A stretch of DNA of 64,000 nt from an uncultured Flavobacteriales bacterium (GCA_937974275.1 CALJIF010000041.1:36498-100497), one strand, 5' to 3'. Counted from the first letter of the stretch, positions 1 to 9,899 are shown. The notes: generated from the letters alone by a model not told the origin. A program made the numbers and translations.

Positions 1-797
1 ACTAATGCGTTGTCGTGATATGAATAAGTAATCACATCACCACCGGCGGCAATTACAGAACGATGCCATACCAACCACATTGCGGCGATAGACAACATCG
101 TGACTAAAGGAATCTTCACCTGATTCCATGACACTTTCTCAAACAAGAAAATCATCACGATTGCAAGAGGAATCAACAATATCGCTCCTTCTTTCGAAAG
201 CAGTGCCAGCAACAAATAGCCGCCCATTTTTAATCCGGATTTGATATTCGTTGTTCCTTCTCGAAAATTCTTCAACACCGTTTCCAAAAACAAAAACGAA
301 AACAACGTCATCAACAATTCGTCGGCACTTTTAATGTTCGCAACAACTTCGGTATGCACAGGCATGGCTAACCAAAGCGCAACGGCAGCAGCAGATAACC
401 AAACATTATATTGACTTAACAACGTTCTCAAAAACCGAAATGCGACAAAAGCAATTCCGGCATACAATGCCACGTTGACGAAGTGAAAGACAGCCGGCTT
501 ATCCGGAGCGAATTGCCATTCCACCGCGAATAACAGCAAAGACAATGGACGAAACAATCCTGCATTCGGATAACCGAAACCTTTCCAATAATAATTGGTT
601 AGTATTTCGGGGAATCCTTTAAAACCTTGCTTTACAAATTCGTTGTTAAACGTTACCGCACGATCATCCAATGCGTAACCGAATCCTATAGTCGAAGCAT
701 ACAACAAAAATGCAAGTGCTGCGAGCCCCCATCCGATCTTTGCTTCTAAAGACATTGATGAGGCGCTTTTGGTTGATTTTGTTTTTTGTTTCGACAT
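1..797 (-). CDS. N-terminal part of a polytopic membrane protein, GT-C/PMT-like glycosyltransferase family (DUF2723/TMTC-like); the gene continues beyond the window start
   Basis: Reverse-strand ATG at 797 gives an open frame to position 1 (MSKQKTKSTKSASSMSLEAKIGWGLAALAFLLYAS...). It has several hydrophobic helices and resembles the N-termini of Bacteroidota PMT_2/DUF1736 mannosyltransferase-like proteins. It is absent from the ORF track only because it runs off the window. Confidence 0.45.
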   Translation of the reverse strand, partial: MSKQKTKSTKSASSMSLEAKIGWGLAALAFLLYASTIGFGYALDDRAVTFNNEFVKQGFKGFPEILTNYYWKGFGYPNAGLFRPLSLLLFAVEWQFAPDKPAVFHFVNVALYAGIAFVAFRFLRTLLSQYNVWLSAAAVALWLAMPVHTEVVANIKSADELLMTLFSFLFLETVLKNFREGTTNIKSGLKMGGYLLLALLSKEGAILLIPLAIVMIFLFEKVSWNQVKIPLVTMLSIAAMWLVWHRSVIAAGGDVITYSYHDNAL

Positions 798-826
798 ACT
801 GCGAAGCTAAAAAATCAGGGGCAAAT

Positions 827-857
827 AAAAAGGCTTCCCGGTACGGAAAGCCTTTTT
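827..857 (-). terminator. Hairpin with a T-run downstream of the deoxyhypusine-synthase-like gene
   Basis: aaaaaggctt ... aagccttttt inverted repeat. On the minus strand it is followed by TTTATTTG. Confidence 0.4.
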
Positions 858-874
858 AAAAATGTGATGCTGTA

Positions 875-1849
875 TTACCAGCCCAGTATCCATGCAAAAA
901 TCAGCGGAGCCACAATAGTAGCATCCGACTCCACAATGTATTTCGGAGTATGAATATCCAATTTGCCCCAGGTAATTTTTTCGTTCGGAACAGCACCTGA
1001 ATATGAACCGTAAGAAGTGGTTGAATCAGAAATCTGACAGAAATAAGACCAGAACGGAACATCATGCCATTCCAAATCCTGATACATCATTGGCACAACA
1101 CAAATAGGAAAATCTCCTGCAATACCACCACCAATCTGGAAGAATCCAACACCTTTTCCGGATGAATTCTTTCTGTACCAGTCGCTCAGCCAAACCATGT
1201 ACTCAATTCCGCTTTTCATGGTCGAAGCCTTGATTTCATTCTTAATGACATAAGAAGCGAAAATATTTCCCATGGTTGAATCTTCCCATCCCGGAACCAC
1301 GATCGGCAAATTCTTTTCTGCCGCAGCAACCATCCATGAGTTCTTCGGATCAATTTCGTAGTACTGTTCCAATACGCCCGAATTAATCATTTGATACATG
1401 AATTCGTGCGGGAAATAACGCTCGCCAGTATCATCGGCCTTTTTCCACAACGCGTGAATATGTTTTTGTAAACGACGGAATGCTTCCTCTTCGGGAATAC
1501 ATGTATCCGTAACACGATTAAGACCATTCTCCAAAAGCTGCCATTCTTCCTGTGGTGTTAAGTCGCGATAATTCGGAATACGACGATAGTGCGAATGTGC
1601 AACCAGATTCATCAAATCTTCTTCGAGGTTTGCACCGGTACAAGAAATGATTGCAATTTTATCCTGACGAATCATTTCTGCAAGAGAAACACCTAACTCA
1701 GCAGTGCTCATTGCACCTGCAAGAGAAACAAGCATTTTTCCACCTTCCAGCAAATGGGTTTCATAACCTTTAGCAGCGTCTTTTAAAGCAGCGGCGTTAA
1801 AATGACGGTAGTGATGTTCGATGAATTGAGAGATAGGTCCTTTGTTCAT
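875..1849 (-). CDS. Deoxyhypusine synthase-like protein (homospermidine/deoxyhypusine synthase family)
   Basis: 324 aa. Family-typical segments: ...ISCTGANLEEDL..., GGGIAGDFPICVVP, WGKLDIHTPKYIVESDATIVAPLIF. Confidence 0.8.
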   Translation of the reverse strand: MNKGPISQFIEHHYRHFNAAALKDAAKGYETHLLEGGKMLVSLAGAMSTAELGVSLAEMIRQDKIAIISCTGANLEEDLMNLVAHSHYRRIPNYRDLTPQEEWQLLENGLNRVTDTCIPEEEAFRRLQKHIHALWKKADDTGERYFPHEFMYQMINSGVLEQYYEIDPKNSWMVAAAEKNLPIVVPGWEDSTMGNIFASYVIKNEIKASTMKSGIEYMVWLSDWYRKNSSGKGVGFFQIGGGIAGDFPICVVPMMYQDLEWHDVPFWSYFCQISDSTTSYGSYSGAVPNEKITWGKLDIHTPKYIVESDATIVAPLIFAWILGW

Positions 1850-1947
1850 GATTGTAAAATATAATATTAGGCGGCAAAGGTAATATTTTACCGTCCCACT
1901 TGGTGTAACGAATAGTTCGGTGTAATTTCACACCATCTGCACAAGAT

Positions 1948-2154
1948 TTGATCATGAAACGGGGCACGGTAAAGTTCTTCAATCGCAAAAGCAAATTTGG
2001 CTTCATTAAAGATGATGAAACCGCACAGGAGTATTACGTGCATGTTAAAGATACGAAGACACCCATCGACGAAGGCGATCGTGTGGAATTTGAGATTAAA
2101 GACATGGCGCGTGGTCCTGCAGCCATCAATGTCACTAAAATCGAGAACCCGTAA
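1948..2154 (+). CDS. Cold-shock domain protein (CspA family)
   Basis: MKRGTVKFFNRKSKFGFIKDDE... carries the RNP1-like KGFGFI motif. A CSD is 68 aa. Confidence 0.85.
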   Translation: MIMKRGTVKFFNRKSKFGFIKDDETAQEYYVHVKDTKTPIDEGDRVEFEIKDMARGPAAINVTKIENP

Positions 2155-2220
2155 TTCAAACGGTTCATTTTTCTTAATAAAAACATAACAAACTTCGGTC
2201 TTCGGTTTCAAAATTTGAGT

Positions 2221-2228
2221 TAATTTTG
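2221..2228 (+). promoter_or_regulatory. Candidate Bacteroidota -7 promoter element (TAnnTTTG) upstream of the LTD gene
   Basis: Exact match TAATTTTG to the Bacteroidetes sigma-A -7 consensus, about 120 nt upstream of the ATG at 2349. The position is unusually far upstream, so confidence is low. Confidence 0.25.
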
Positions 2229-2348
2229 CTATCGTCTTAAGTGAACATCCTCTCCGGAGTTGCGTCTGCAACCGTCCGAAACCGCTTAAGAACGTTCAAT
2301 GCTAAATTGCATTTAACGCGGACACACAACAGTTTAAATTATACACAC

Positions 2349-3278
2349 ATGAAAAAAGCTCTACTGGCTCTTGCTGCGTTTGGTTTTATGGGAACAACCC
2401 AAGCGCAAACTACAGGTTGTAACGAATTATTCTTCTCAGAATATGTAGAAGGTTCTTCTCACAGCAAAGCACTTGAAATTTACAACCCAACCGCTAACCC
2501 GGTTAATCTGAACAACTATCGTTTAGTGCGTTACAGCAATGGATCTCCAACCGGTGTTGATAGCATAGCTTTGGTTGGAACTATTCCTTCTCGCGATGTT
2601 TGGGTGGTAGTGAACGGACAAGCAACACCGGATCAGAATGGCGCATTTTGTGATCCGGCTCTGATTGCATTGGGTGATCAGGTTGGTCCTGCGAACTATG
2701 CCAATGGCACAGCAGTGTTATACTTTAATGGTGATGATGCTATCGTTTTAGTGCGCATTCAGCCTTACGCAATTATCGACATTTTCGGAAAAATCGGCGA
2801 AGATCCCGGCGTATCATGGTCCGATGTATTCCCTTATACTGATGCCCAAGGCGCTTGGTGGACTCGTGATCATACGTTAATTCGTAAATCAACCGTTACA
2901 TCAGGTGTTACCGTAAATCCAACTGCATTTAACGTTACTGCAGAATACGATTCTTTACCTGAAAACACATGGACTAATTTAGGTCAGCACGATTGCGCTT
3001 GTAACACGGTGGGAATTGCAGAGAATGTAGCTAACGGTAAAGTAACTGTATTCCCGAACCCTGCTAATGGTCAAATTAATGTAGTTGCCGGCGTGAATAT
3101 CACTGATGTTACCATCTACAACGTACTTGGTCAGTCTGTTTTAGTTAAAGATTACGATGCTGCTGAACAAAAGACTGCACAAAAGATTGATTTAACCGGT
3201 TTCGCTCCGGGCGTGTACATGGTTGAAGTAAAAACTGCGAACGGAAAAGTGCAGGTAATTAAGATTACCCAGCGCTAA
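2349..3278 (+). CDS. Secreted lamin-tail-domain (LTD) protein with a type IX secretion C-terminal sorting domain
   Basis: Internal start MKKALLALAAFGFMGTTQAQ gives a clean signal peptide (track ORF 2241-3278). LTD-like core CNELFFSEYVEGSSHSKALEIYNPTANPVNLNNYRL. The C-terminus (VTVFPNPANGQINV ... VYMVEVKTANGKVQVIKI) is typical of a T9SS C-terminal domain. Confidence 0.7.
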   Translation: MKKALLALAAFGFMGTTQAQTTGCNELFFSEYVEGSSHSKALEIYNPTANPVNLNNYRLVRYSNGSPTGVDSIALVGTIPSRDVWVVVNGQATPDQNGAFCDPALIALGDQVGPANYANGTAVLYFNGDDAIVLVRIQPYAIIDIFGKIGEDPGVSWSDVFPYTDAQGAWWTRDHTLIRKSTVTSGVTVNPTAFNVTAEYDSLPENTWTNLGQHDCACNTVGIAENVANGKVTVFPNPANGQINVVAGVNITDVTIYNVLGQSVLVKDYDAAEQKTAQKIDLTGFAPGVYMVEVKTANGKVQVIKITQR

Positions 3279-3308
3279 TATCAAGAAGCTATACCCGCAC
3301 AAACCTGA

Positions 3309-3342
3309 AAAATGCTGATGGATCGTCATCAGCATTTTTTCT
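3309..3342 (+). terminator. Rho-independent terminator after the LTD gene
   Basis: aaaatgctgatg-gatcgt-catcagcatttt followed by TTTTCT. Confidence 0.6.
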
Positions 3343-3353
3343 GAACCTGTATT

Positions 3354-6230
3354 ATGAAAAAAGTAGCTGCATTTATTCTTTGTTTTTTATCCGTACAGTT
3401 GTTTGCACAATACACCGTTAGTGGTATTGTTAAGGATGATTCAAACGGCGAAGTATTGATTGGTGCTGTTGTAGTGGCAGATGGCGGAAAGGCTTTCGCT
3501 ACCACAGATGTTGATGGCTCCTATAAATTGCAATTGGCAGACGGTGATCACATCCTGACGATTCAATACTCAGGTTATGCAGCTAGTCCCGTTAAAATTA
3601 AGGTTGCGGGTAAAGCACTTACCGTTGACATTCCTGCGAAAAGCAATACGTTGAAAGAAGTTGAAATTGTTGCGGATGTAGCAATTGAACGTAAAACTCC
3701 GGTTGCCTTTTCGAACATCGGTGATGCTAAAATTCGCGAAGAAGGCGGGACACGTGATATTACCATGATGCTGAATTCAACGCCCGGAGCTTACGCAACG
3801 GAGCAAGGCGGCGGTGCCGGTGATTCACGCGTAAACATTCGCGGAATTGACCAGCGCAACGTTGCTGTTATGGTTGATGGTGTTCCCGTTAATGATATGG
3901 AAAACGGCCAGGTGTACTGGAGTAACTGGGACGGACTAGCGGATGTCACACGTACTATGCAAGTACAACGCGGTCTTGGAGCTTCTCGTTTGGCGATCCC
4001 GTCGGTAGGTGGAACAATCAACGTATTAACGAGAGGAATTGATCAGAAGCAAGCGTTTTCGTTACGTTCCGAATTTGGAAACAATAACGGACAGAAATAT
4101 TCATTCGGTTTTAACTCCGGAGAATTTGGGAAAGGATGGGGCGTTACATTAGCCGGAAGCCGCAGAACGGGCGATGGTTGGGCAGATCAAACATGGACTG
4201 ATTCGTGGTCGTATTTTATAAAAGTTCAAAAACGCTTTGGTGATCGTCACCTGGTGTCCATTGGGGCGAACGGAGCTCCACAATCTCACGGTCAACGTTC
4301 CGAACGATTACCGATTAGTGTTTACGATCGTGCTTATGCCGAAAAATTGGGAATCAACATAGATTCTTCTTATCAAAACAATGCTTACACCACGCCTTTT
4401 CAGGGCGAACGCGGTTTACGATTCAATTCACGCTGGGGTTATTTAAATTATCCCGATGGTCAGCAAGGTCGTTTCAATGAACGTATCAACTTCTACCATA
4501 AGCCGCAAATTACAGCACAACATTATTGGACAATTACAGAACGTTTGTCGTTATCTACAATCGTGTATTTGTCACTGGGAAATGGCGGAGGAACTTCGTT
4601 TAATTCCATTCCAAACAGAGATACCTTGACAGGCCTTCTGAATATCACAGCGCCTTACTTATCGAATTCCAGCAACATTGATGCACTATACAGCACAACA
4701 GAAACGAAATCGACACGCATTCTTCAAGCATCAATGAACAACCATTTTTGGTACGGTGGATTAAGTACGTTAACCTACAAAGCCAACGAGAAATTCTCTG
4801 CTATGTTAGGTATTGATGGACGCTCATACACCGGTTATCATTACCGCAAAGTGTATGATCTCGTTGGAGGAGATTACTTCGTTGATTTTTCGAATCGCAA
4901 TCAACCGAACGGAGTTGGCAATTTGCAATACGCCATGAAAGGATTGAACGATACGATTGGTTATTACAATGTTGGCTTGGTTAATTGGGGCGGTGTATTT
5001 GCTCAGGCCGAATATGTTTCCGGAAAATGGAGTACGTTCGTTACAGTAACAGGCTCTATGACTTCGTACCAGCGTGTAGATTACTTCCGCAAGAAAGATA
5101 TTGTCATGGATGACGGAACCGTAGTGGAACAGATTGTCGGATATAACGAAGTGTTGTATACGAATGGACAACAACAAGGCGTTGCAGCCAACGGAGCAGT
5201 AGTAACTGTTTCCGGTGATACGACGTTCATTAATAATCCCAGCGGTGCAGATTATGCAATTACGAATGCACAGTCGTATGCATGGGCATCTGACAAAGCT
5301 CGATTTGCGCAAACCGAACGTAAGTTATTCCCGGGTTTCACGGTTAAGAGCGGCGCAAACTACAACATCAACGATCATTACCGCGTATTCTTAAATGCAG
5401 GATACATGAACATGGCTCCGCGTTTCAATACCGTTTTTGATAACGCCAACCGCGAATATCCCGGTGTGAAGAATCAAAAAATATATGCAGTTGAAGTTGG
5501 CTCCGGTGCACGATTCAAAGGGTTTGCTGCAAACCTGAACTTATACTACACCTACTGGGAAAATAAGCCTCCTACATTCTCGCCTACCATTAACATTGCG
5601 GGTGATGTTTTCACATACGACCTGATTGGATTAACAACAATTCATAAAGGAGTTGAAGTTGATGCGAATTGGCAAGTCTGGAGAAATGTTCAGGCGGAGT
5701 TCTTGATGTCTATTGGAGATTGGGTAAACAATTCAGCAGGCATTGTGTACCTGTACGATCAAAACCTTATCCTGGAAGACACCATCGAATACAGCGGACG
5801 AGGTGTGCATGTTGGCGATGCGGCTCAAACACAAATCGGCGGATCGCTGCGCTGGGAACCTATTAAAGGAGCATACATTAAGGCTCGATTCACATACTTC
5901 GCGCGTAATTATGCCAATTTTGATCCGATTGCGTTAACTCCGGTTTATAACACGCAAGGTGATATTATTAGAGACAATCGCGATCGCGAATCCTGGGTGG
6001 CTCCAAGTTATGGGTTGCTGGATATTTTCGGTGGATTTGAAATACGCGACATCGTTCCGAAAGATGAGAAACGATTTAGTCGTGTTGGCTTTACATTTAC
6101 CATATTTAATGTTCTCAATACTAAATACATTACCGACGCACAAAATGGAGTTAACTTTGATGCTTCTACAGCATTGGTGTACATGGGTCAAGGACGACGT
6201 TGGAATGCCGGGATGCGTTTTAGTTTTTAA
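3354..6230 (+). CDS. TonB-dependent outer-membrane receptor (CarbopepD_reg-like N-domain + plug + barrel), not SusC/SusD-paired
   Basis: 958 aa. Signal peptide. N-terminal YTVSGIVKDDSNGEVLIGAVV (carboxypeptidase-regulatory-like domain), then plug region ...DITMMLNSTPGAYAT...VNIRGIDQRN...VDGVPVND. The C-terminal residue is F (…GMRFSF). Confidence 0.85.
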   Translation: MKKVAAFILCFLSVQLFAQYTVSGIVKDDSNGEVLIGAVVVADGGKAFATTDVDGSYKLQLADGDHILTIQYSGYAASPVKIKVAGKALTVDIPAKSNTLKEVEIVADVAIERKTPVAFSNIGDAKIREEGGTRDITMMLNSTPGAYATEQGGGAGDSRVNIRGIDQRNVAVMVDGVPVNDMENGQVYWSNWDGLADVTRTMQVQRGLGASRLAIPSVGGTINVLTRGIDQKQAFSLRSEFGNNNGQKYSFGFNSGEFGKGWGVTLAGSRRTGDGWADQTWTDSWSYFIKVQKRFGDRHLVSIGANGAPQSHGQRSERLPISVYDRAYAEKLGINIDSSYQNNAYTTPFQGERGLRFNSRWGYLNYPDGQQGRFNERINFYHKPQITAQHYWTITERLSLSTIVYLSLGNGGGTSFNSIPNRDTLTGLLNITAPYLSNSSNIDALYSTTETKSTRILQASMNNHFWYGGLSTLTYKANEKFSAMLGIDGRSYTGYHYRKVYDLVGGDYFVDFSNRNQPNGVGNLQYAMKGLNDTIGYYNVGLVNWGGVFAQAEYVSGKWSTFVTVTGSMTSYQRVDYFRKKDIVMDDGTVVEQIVGYNEVLYTNGQQQGVAANGAVVTVSGDTTFINNPSGADYAITNAQSYAWASDKARFAQTERKLFPGFTVKSGANYNINDHYRVFLNAGYMNMAPRFNTVFDNANREYPGVKNQKIYAVEVGSGARFKGFAANLNLYYTYWENKPPTFSPTINIAGDVFTYDLIGLTTIHKGVEVDANWQVWRNVQAEFLMSIGDWVNNSAGIVYLYDQNLILEDTIEYSGRGVHVGDAAQTQIGGSLRWEPIKGAYIKARFTYFARNYANFDPIALTPVYNTQGDIIRDNRDRESWVAPSYGLLDIFGGFEIRDIVPKDEKRFSRVGFTFTIFNVLNTKYITDAQNGVNFDASTALVYMGQGRRWNAGMRFSF

Positions 6231-6262
6231 TAATCATTGATACGTCAATTAATTACACACAC

Positions 6263-8452
6263 ATGAATAAACTATTTACCTCATTACTCGTTCTGGTAAC
6301 GGGTATTTTATTTGGTCAGGCCACGTTGCCCTCAACATGGAGCTTTACCACAACGTCATTCCCTGCAGGCTGGACAGCAACGGGAACAGGATTTTATACC
6401 GGCTCTGGAAATACGCCTCCGGCCTTGCGTTTGGATAACACCGGCGATAACCTTGTGATTTGGTATGCAGGATCTGCAGGCCCACTTACTTACTACATTT
6501 CGGGTAATAGTTTTTCAGGCGGCACTTTTGAAGTTCAGGAATCTGTAAATGGCAACACTTGGACAACATTACGTACGTTCACGACGAACATGCCAACCAA
6601 TTACACCATGTTTACGGATCAACCTGCTGCGGCAAGTCGTTATGTTCGGTTTAACTATACTCAAAAAAACAGTGGCAACGTAGGACTGGATGACGTAAGT
6701 ATTGCAGCACCTGCAGCGGGGCCTCAACAAGAAATCAATGTTTTGTATAGCGCACAAACTGTGCTATCCGGTGGTTCTATCTGGACGTCATCAGCTGTTA
6801 GTTCAACGACTTCATTAACGTTAACCGTTGAAAATTTAGGAACTCAGAATGCGTTAAACATTGCGTCCGCAGTTATCAGCGGAACTAATGCTTCCGAGTT
6901 TGTAATTCAATCTGCACCAAGTGTTGTTAATGCATTAAGCACAGGAAATATCGTAATTGACTTCACACCAACTGCAGCAGGAACACGCGTCGCTACATTA
7001 ACAATCACTAACGATGACAGCGATGAGGGTTCGTACGTAATTAACTTATTTGGAGCGGGTGGCGGATTGGCATCAGAACCAAACGCACCTACGAATTTAA
7101 ATTTCACGAACGTAAAGTCGTATCGTTTCCAAACCAACTGGACGGCTTCATCTCCCGCTGCTGATGGCTACATCGTATTGCGTAAAAATGGAAGTGCAGT
7201 AACTGATGTTCCTGTCGATGGTGCGTCATATACCGTTGGGGATTATATCGGAACAAGTCAGGTTGCATATGTTGGAACATCTACTACCACTTGGATCAAT
7301 TACGTTGGAGCATCTTCACAATATGGAATTGCCGTGTTCGCGTATAACGGTCCCGGAGCATTTCGCAACTACACCGATGGAAGTCCATTAGCAAATGTAG
7401 TATCCTCTTCCGGTTCCATGCAGCCGGCAAATTATTATAGCGGGATCAATACCTCTTCATCAACTTTTGTTAATGACCTTACCTTGCTGACCAATCCACA
7501 TACCGACCGCTTCTACAGCAATTACGGACCGTACATGGTTACGAAGTTCTGGGCACGTGACACCACCAACGGTCAGCGGGTTGTTACCTGTGTTTATTCC
7601 GGAGAGAACTTGGTTTATACAGAACCATTCGCATGGGTAACGTTCAGTCGTGAACATACGTATTCGTTCAGCTGGATGCCTTCTAATCCAAATACGAACA
7701 CACCTGAATACAGTGATTACTTCAATCTATATCCGGTTAATCAGGATGATGCCAACGCTGTTCGCAGCAATTATCCTTTGGGAGAAGTTGTTAACGTAAC
7801 CAACACCTATTTAGGAGCGAAATATGGACAAGACGCCAACGGACGCACGGTTTACGAACCACGAGATGATCAGAAAGGCGATGCGGCACGTTCAATGTTC
7901 TATATGGCAACCTGCTACAATAGCACAGTTGCAGACTGGAGTTTCCCGAATCCGATCAGCACTTCCATCATGTATGGTCAGGACCAGAATTTGTTAAAGG
8001 CATGGCATTATCAGGATTTACCGGATGCACGTGAAATCGCCAAGAATGATTACATCGACTCATTGCAGGGTAATCGTAATCCGTTTATCGATAGCGTAAA
8101 CTATGCTTGTTACATTGACTTCTACACGATGAACAAAATCAATGGCCCTACTTTACCATGCTCGAATTCTACGATCGGAATCAGTGAAGTAAATCAACAA
8201 CCTATTGTGCTTAATACCATGCCTAATCCTGCCGGAGACAATTTCATGTTGTACGTATCCGCATTGGAAAATAAAACCGGGGTATTACAGGTTGTTGATG
8301 TTCAGGGCAAAGTAATCGATGAACAGACCGTTGTCTTAAATTCAGGTACTTCTGCATTCAGTTTTGATTGCAAAAATTGGAATTCAGGCATGTACACGAT
8401 CCGTATTCAGACCGAAAATCAGGTATTTTTGACCAGAATGATCAAGAATTAA
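6263..8452 (+). CDS. Secreted Endonuclease I-family (EndA/Vvn-like) nuclease with a long Ser/Thr-rich N-terminal region and a T9SS C-terminal domain
   Basis: The C-terminal half aligns by eye with E. coli EndA motifs: REHTYSFSWMP ~ VEWEHVVPAW, LGEVVNVTN ~ VGEVNGDRGN, GDAARSMFYMATCY ~ GAIARTYFYMRDQY, QGNRNPFIDSVNYAC ~ QGNHNPYVQRAC. The last ~90 aa are T9SS-C-terminal-domain-like (VLNTMPNPAGDNFMLYV...GMYTIRIQTENQVF). Confidence 0.7.
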   Translation: MNKLFTSLLVLVTGILFGQATLPSTWSFTTTSFPAGWTATGTGFYTGSGNTPPALRLDNTGDNLVIWYAGSAGPLTYYISGNSFSGGTFEVQESVNGNTWTTLRTFTTNMPTNYTMFTDQPAAASRYVRFNYTQKNSGNVGLDDVSIAAPAAGPQQEINVLYSAQTVLSGGSIWTSSAVSSTTSLTLTVENLGTQNALNIASAVISGTNASEFVIQSAPSVVNALSTGNIVIDFTPTAAGTRVATLTITNDDSDEGSYVINLFGAGGGLASEPNAPTNLNFTNVKSYRFQTNWTASSPAADGYIVLRKNGSAVTDVPVDGASYTVGDYIGTSQVAYVGTSTTTWINYVGASSQYGIAVFAYNGPGAFRNYTDGSPLANVVSSSGSMQPANYYSGINTSSSTFVNDLTLLTNPHTDRFYSNYGPYMVTKFWARDTTNGQRVVTCVYSGENLVYTEPFAWVTFSREHTYSFSWMPSNPNTNTPEYSDYFNLYPVNQDDANAVRSNYPLGEVVNVTNTYLGAKYGQDANGRTVYEPRDDQKGDAARSMFYMATCYNSTVADWSFPNPISTSIMYGQDQNLLKAWHYQDLPDAREIAKNDYIDSLQGNRNPFIDSVNYACYIDFYTMNKINGPTLPCSNSTIGISEVNQQPIVLNTMPNPAGDNFMLYVSALENKTGVLQVVDVQGKVIDEQTVVLNSGTSAFSFDCKNWNSGMYTIRIQTENQVFLTRMIKN

Positions 8453-8478
8453 GGTCGGATAAAGCTCTTAAAAATGTT

Positions 8479-8512
8479 AAAATGCGTCTCTTCGGAGGCG
8501 CATTTTATTTTT
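8479..8512 (+). terminator. Rho-independent terminator after the nuclease gene
   Basis: aaaatgcgtctc-ttcg-gaggcgcatttt followed by ATTTTT. Confidence 0.6.
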
Positions 8513-8667
8513 CACTAATACCTGAATAACAAGACATTACGCTTCTTTAGCCTTGCGATAAGGAGTTATAAACAATGTCGTGTGGCTCAAATTTTACTTG
8601 TTTTTTTGGTTTGAAACCTTAATTTAGCGCGTCTTAAAAAATAGAACAGTCTTCAACACACTACAAT

Positions 8668-9894
8668 TTGCATATAATCCGATATATCCCCCTGTTGTTC
8701 CTGTTGGTTTTATTAACCGGAACATTATCCGGCTTTAGACCGGGAGATCCTCCGGCTGCAGTTCGGGCGGAACTTGCTGTAAATGATACAGCGGAAGCAA
8801 CAGACGATCATCCTACAATAACTTCGGACACCTCAGGACCTGCCACTGCGACAATTGCAGTAACTGATCCTCCGGCAAAGAAAACAACCACAGAACCGGA
8901 TCACGACGAAGAAGGTCATGTTCACGGTGATGAAGAAGAGGATGATTTTGACACTACCTCCGTTCACATGGAGAAGTTTGATGCTCTGGCATTCAACGAT
9001 ACGGTTATGTTGTTGTTGAATGATCCTCAACATTGCGGATATGTTCATCCGTTTAATGGCTATGTTACTTCTAACTTTGGATTCAGAAAATCCCGCTATC
9101 ACTTTGGCGTTGACATTAAGTTAAATACAGGTGACTCCGTAGTTAGTTGCTTTGACGGCAAAGTGCGCATTGCTCAATACAGTAAAACGTATGGCAATTT
9201 GGTTGTTGTTCGTCACGCGAATGGACTGGAAACGTATTACGCACACTTATCCAAACTTTTGGTAAAAGTTGGAGATGATGTTGAAGCCGGAACTCTTGTT
9301 GGACTTGGCGGAAACACAGGTCGTTCGTTCGGAGCGCATTTGCATTTCGAAGTGCGTTACAAAGGACAGCCGATCAACCCGAACTACATTATTGATTTCG
9401 AAAAGAAATGTATTCGTACTAACGCTTATCCGCTTTGCAAATCTGATTTCAAGTATTTATCAGAAACACACAAAGTGGTGCGTCGTTCCCGAAAGAGTAA
9501 AAAGACGTATGTAACGTATTATACTCCGGGCGGTCCAAAATACGCCACTAAAGAAGCAAAAGCGATCATGGCTGTAGTTCCTGATCCAGTGATGCCTAAT
9601 ACGGATCCCAATTTGGTTCCTGACGGTTCTAAGACGCCTATTCAGGTTAAACCTCAACCTACACCAACAACATCCAACCCCAATACAGGTGTTAAGCCGG
9701 CTCCGAACGGTAAAACAACAACACCACCTGCCAATAAATCAGGTGCAGGAGCAAAAACATATGTGGTGAAAAAAGGCGACACCTTGGGAGCTATTGCTGC
9801 ACGTAATAACACAACAGTCGACAAGTTGTGCCAATTAAACGGGATCAAGAAGACTGCAATTCTTCAGATTGGTCAGAAGCTTCGCGTGAAGTAA
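8668..9894 (+). CDS. M23 family metallopeptidase with a C-terminal LysM domain
   Basis: HFGVDIKLNTGDSV...GNTGRSFGAHLHFEVRYKG is an M23 motif. C-terminal YVVKKGDTLGAIAARNNTTVDKLCQLNGIKKTAILQIGQKLRV is LysM. A Pro/Thr-rich linker lies between them. Confidence 0.8.
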   Translation: MHIIRYIPLLFLLVLLTGTLSGFRPGDPPAAVRAELAVNDTAEATDDHPTITSDTSGPATATIAVTDPPAKKTTTEPDHDEEGHVHGDEEEDDFDTTSVHMEKFDALAFNDTVMLLLNDPQHCGYVHPFNGYVTSNFGFRKSRYHFGVDIKLNTGDSVVSCFDGKVRIAQYSKTYGNLVVVRHANGLETYYAHLSKLLVKVGDDVEAGTLVGLGGNTGRSFGAHLHFEVRYKGQPINPNYIIDFEKKCIRTNAYPLCKSDFKYLSETHKVVRRSRKSKKTYVTYYTPGGPKYATKEAKAIMAVVPDPVMPNTDPNLVPDGSKTPIQVKPQPTPTTSNPNTGVKPAPNGKTTTPPANKSGAGAKTYVVKKGDTLGAIAARNNTTVDKLCQLNGIKKTAILQIGQKLRVK

Positions 9895-9899
9895 TTCCG

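Noticed and set aside
1797-2271. Minus-strand ORFs (69 and 127 aa) overlapping the cold-shock gene
   Set aside because: The cold-shock protein on the plus strand has an unmistakable CSD sequence. The antisense ORFs have no features and would overlap it completely.
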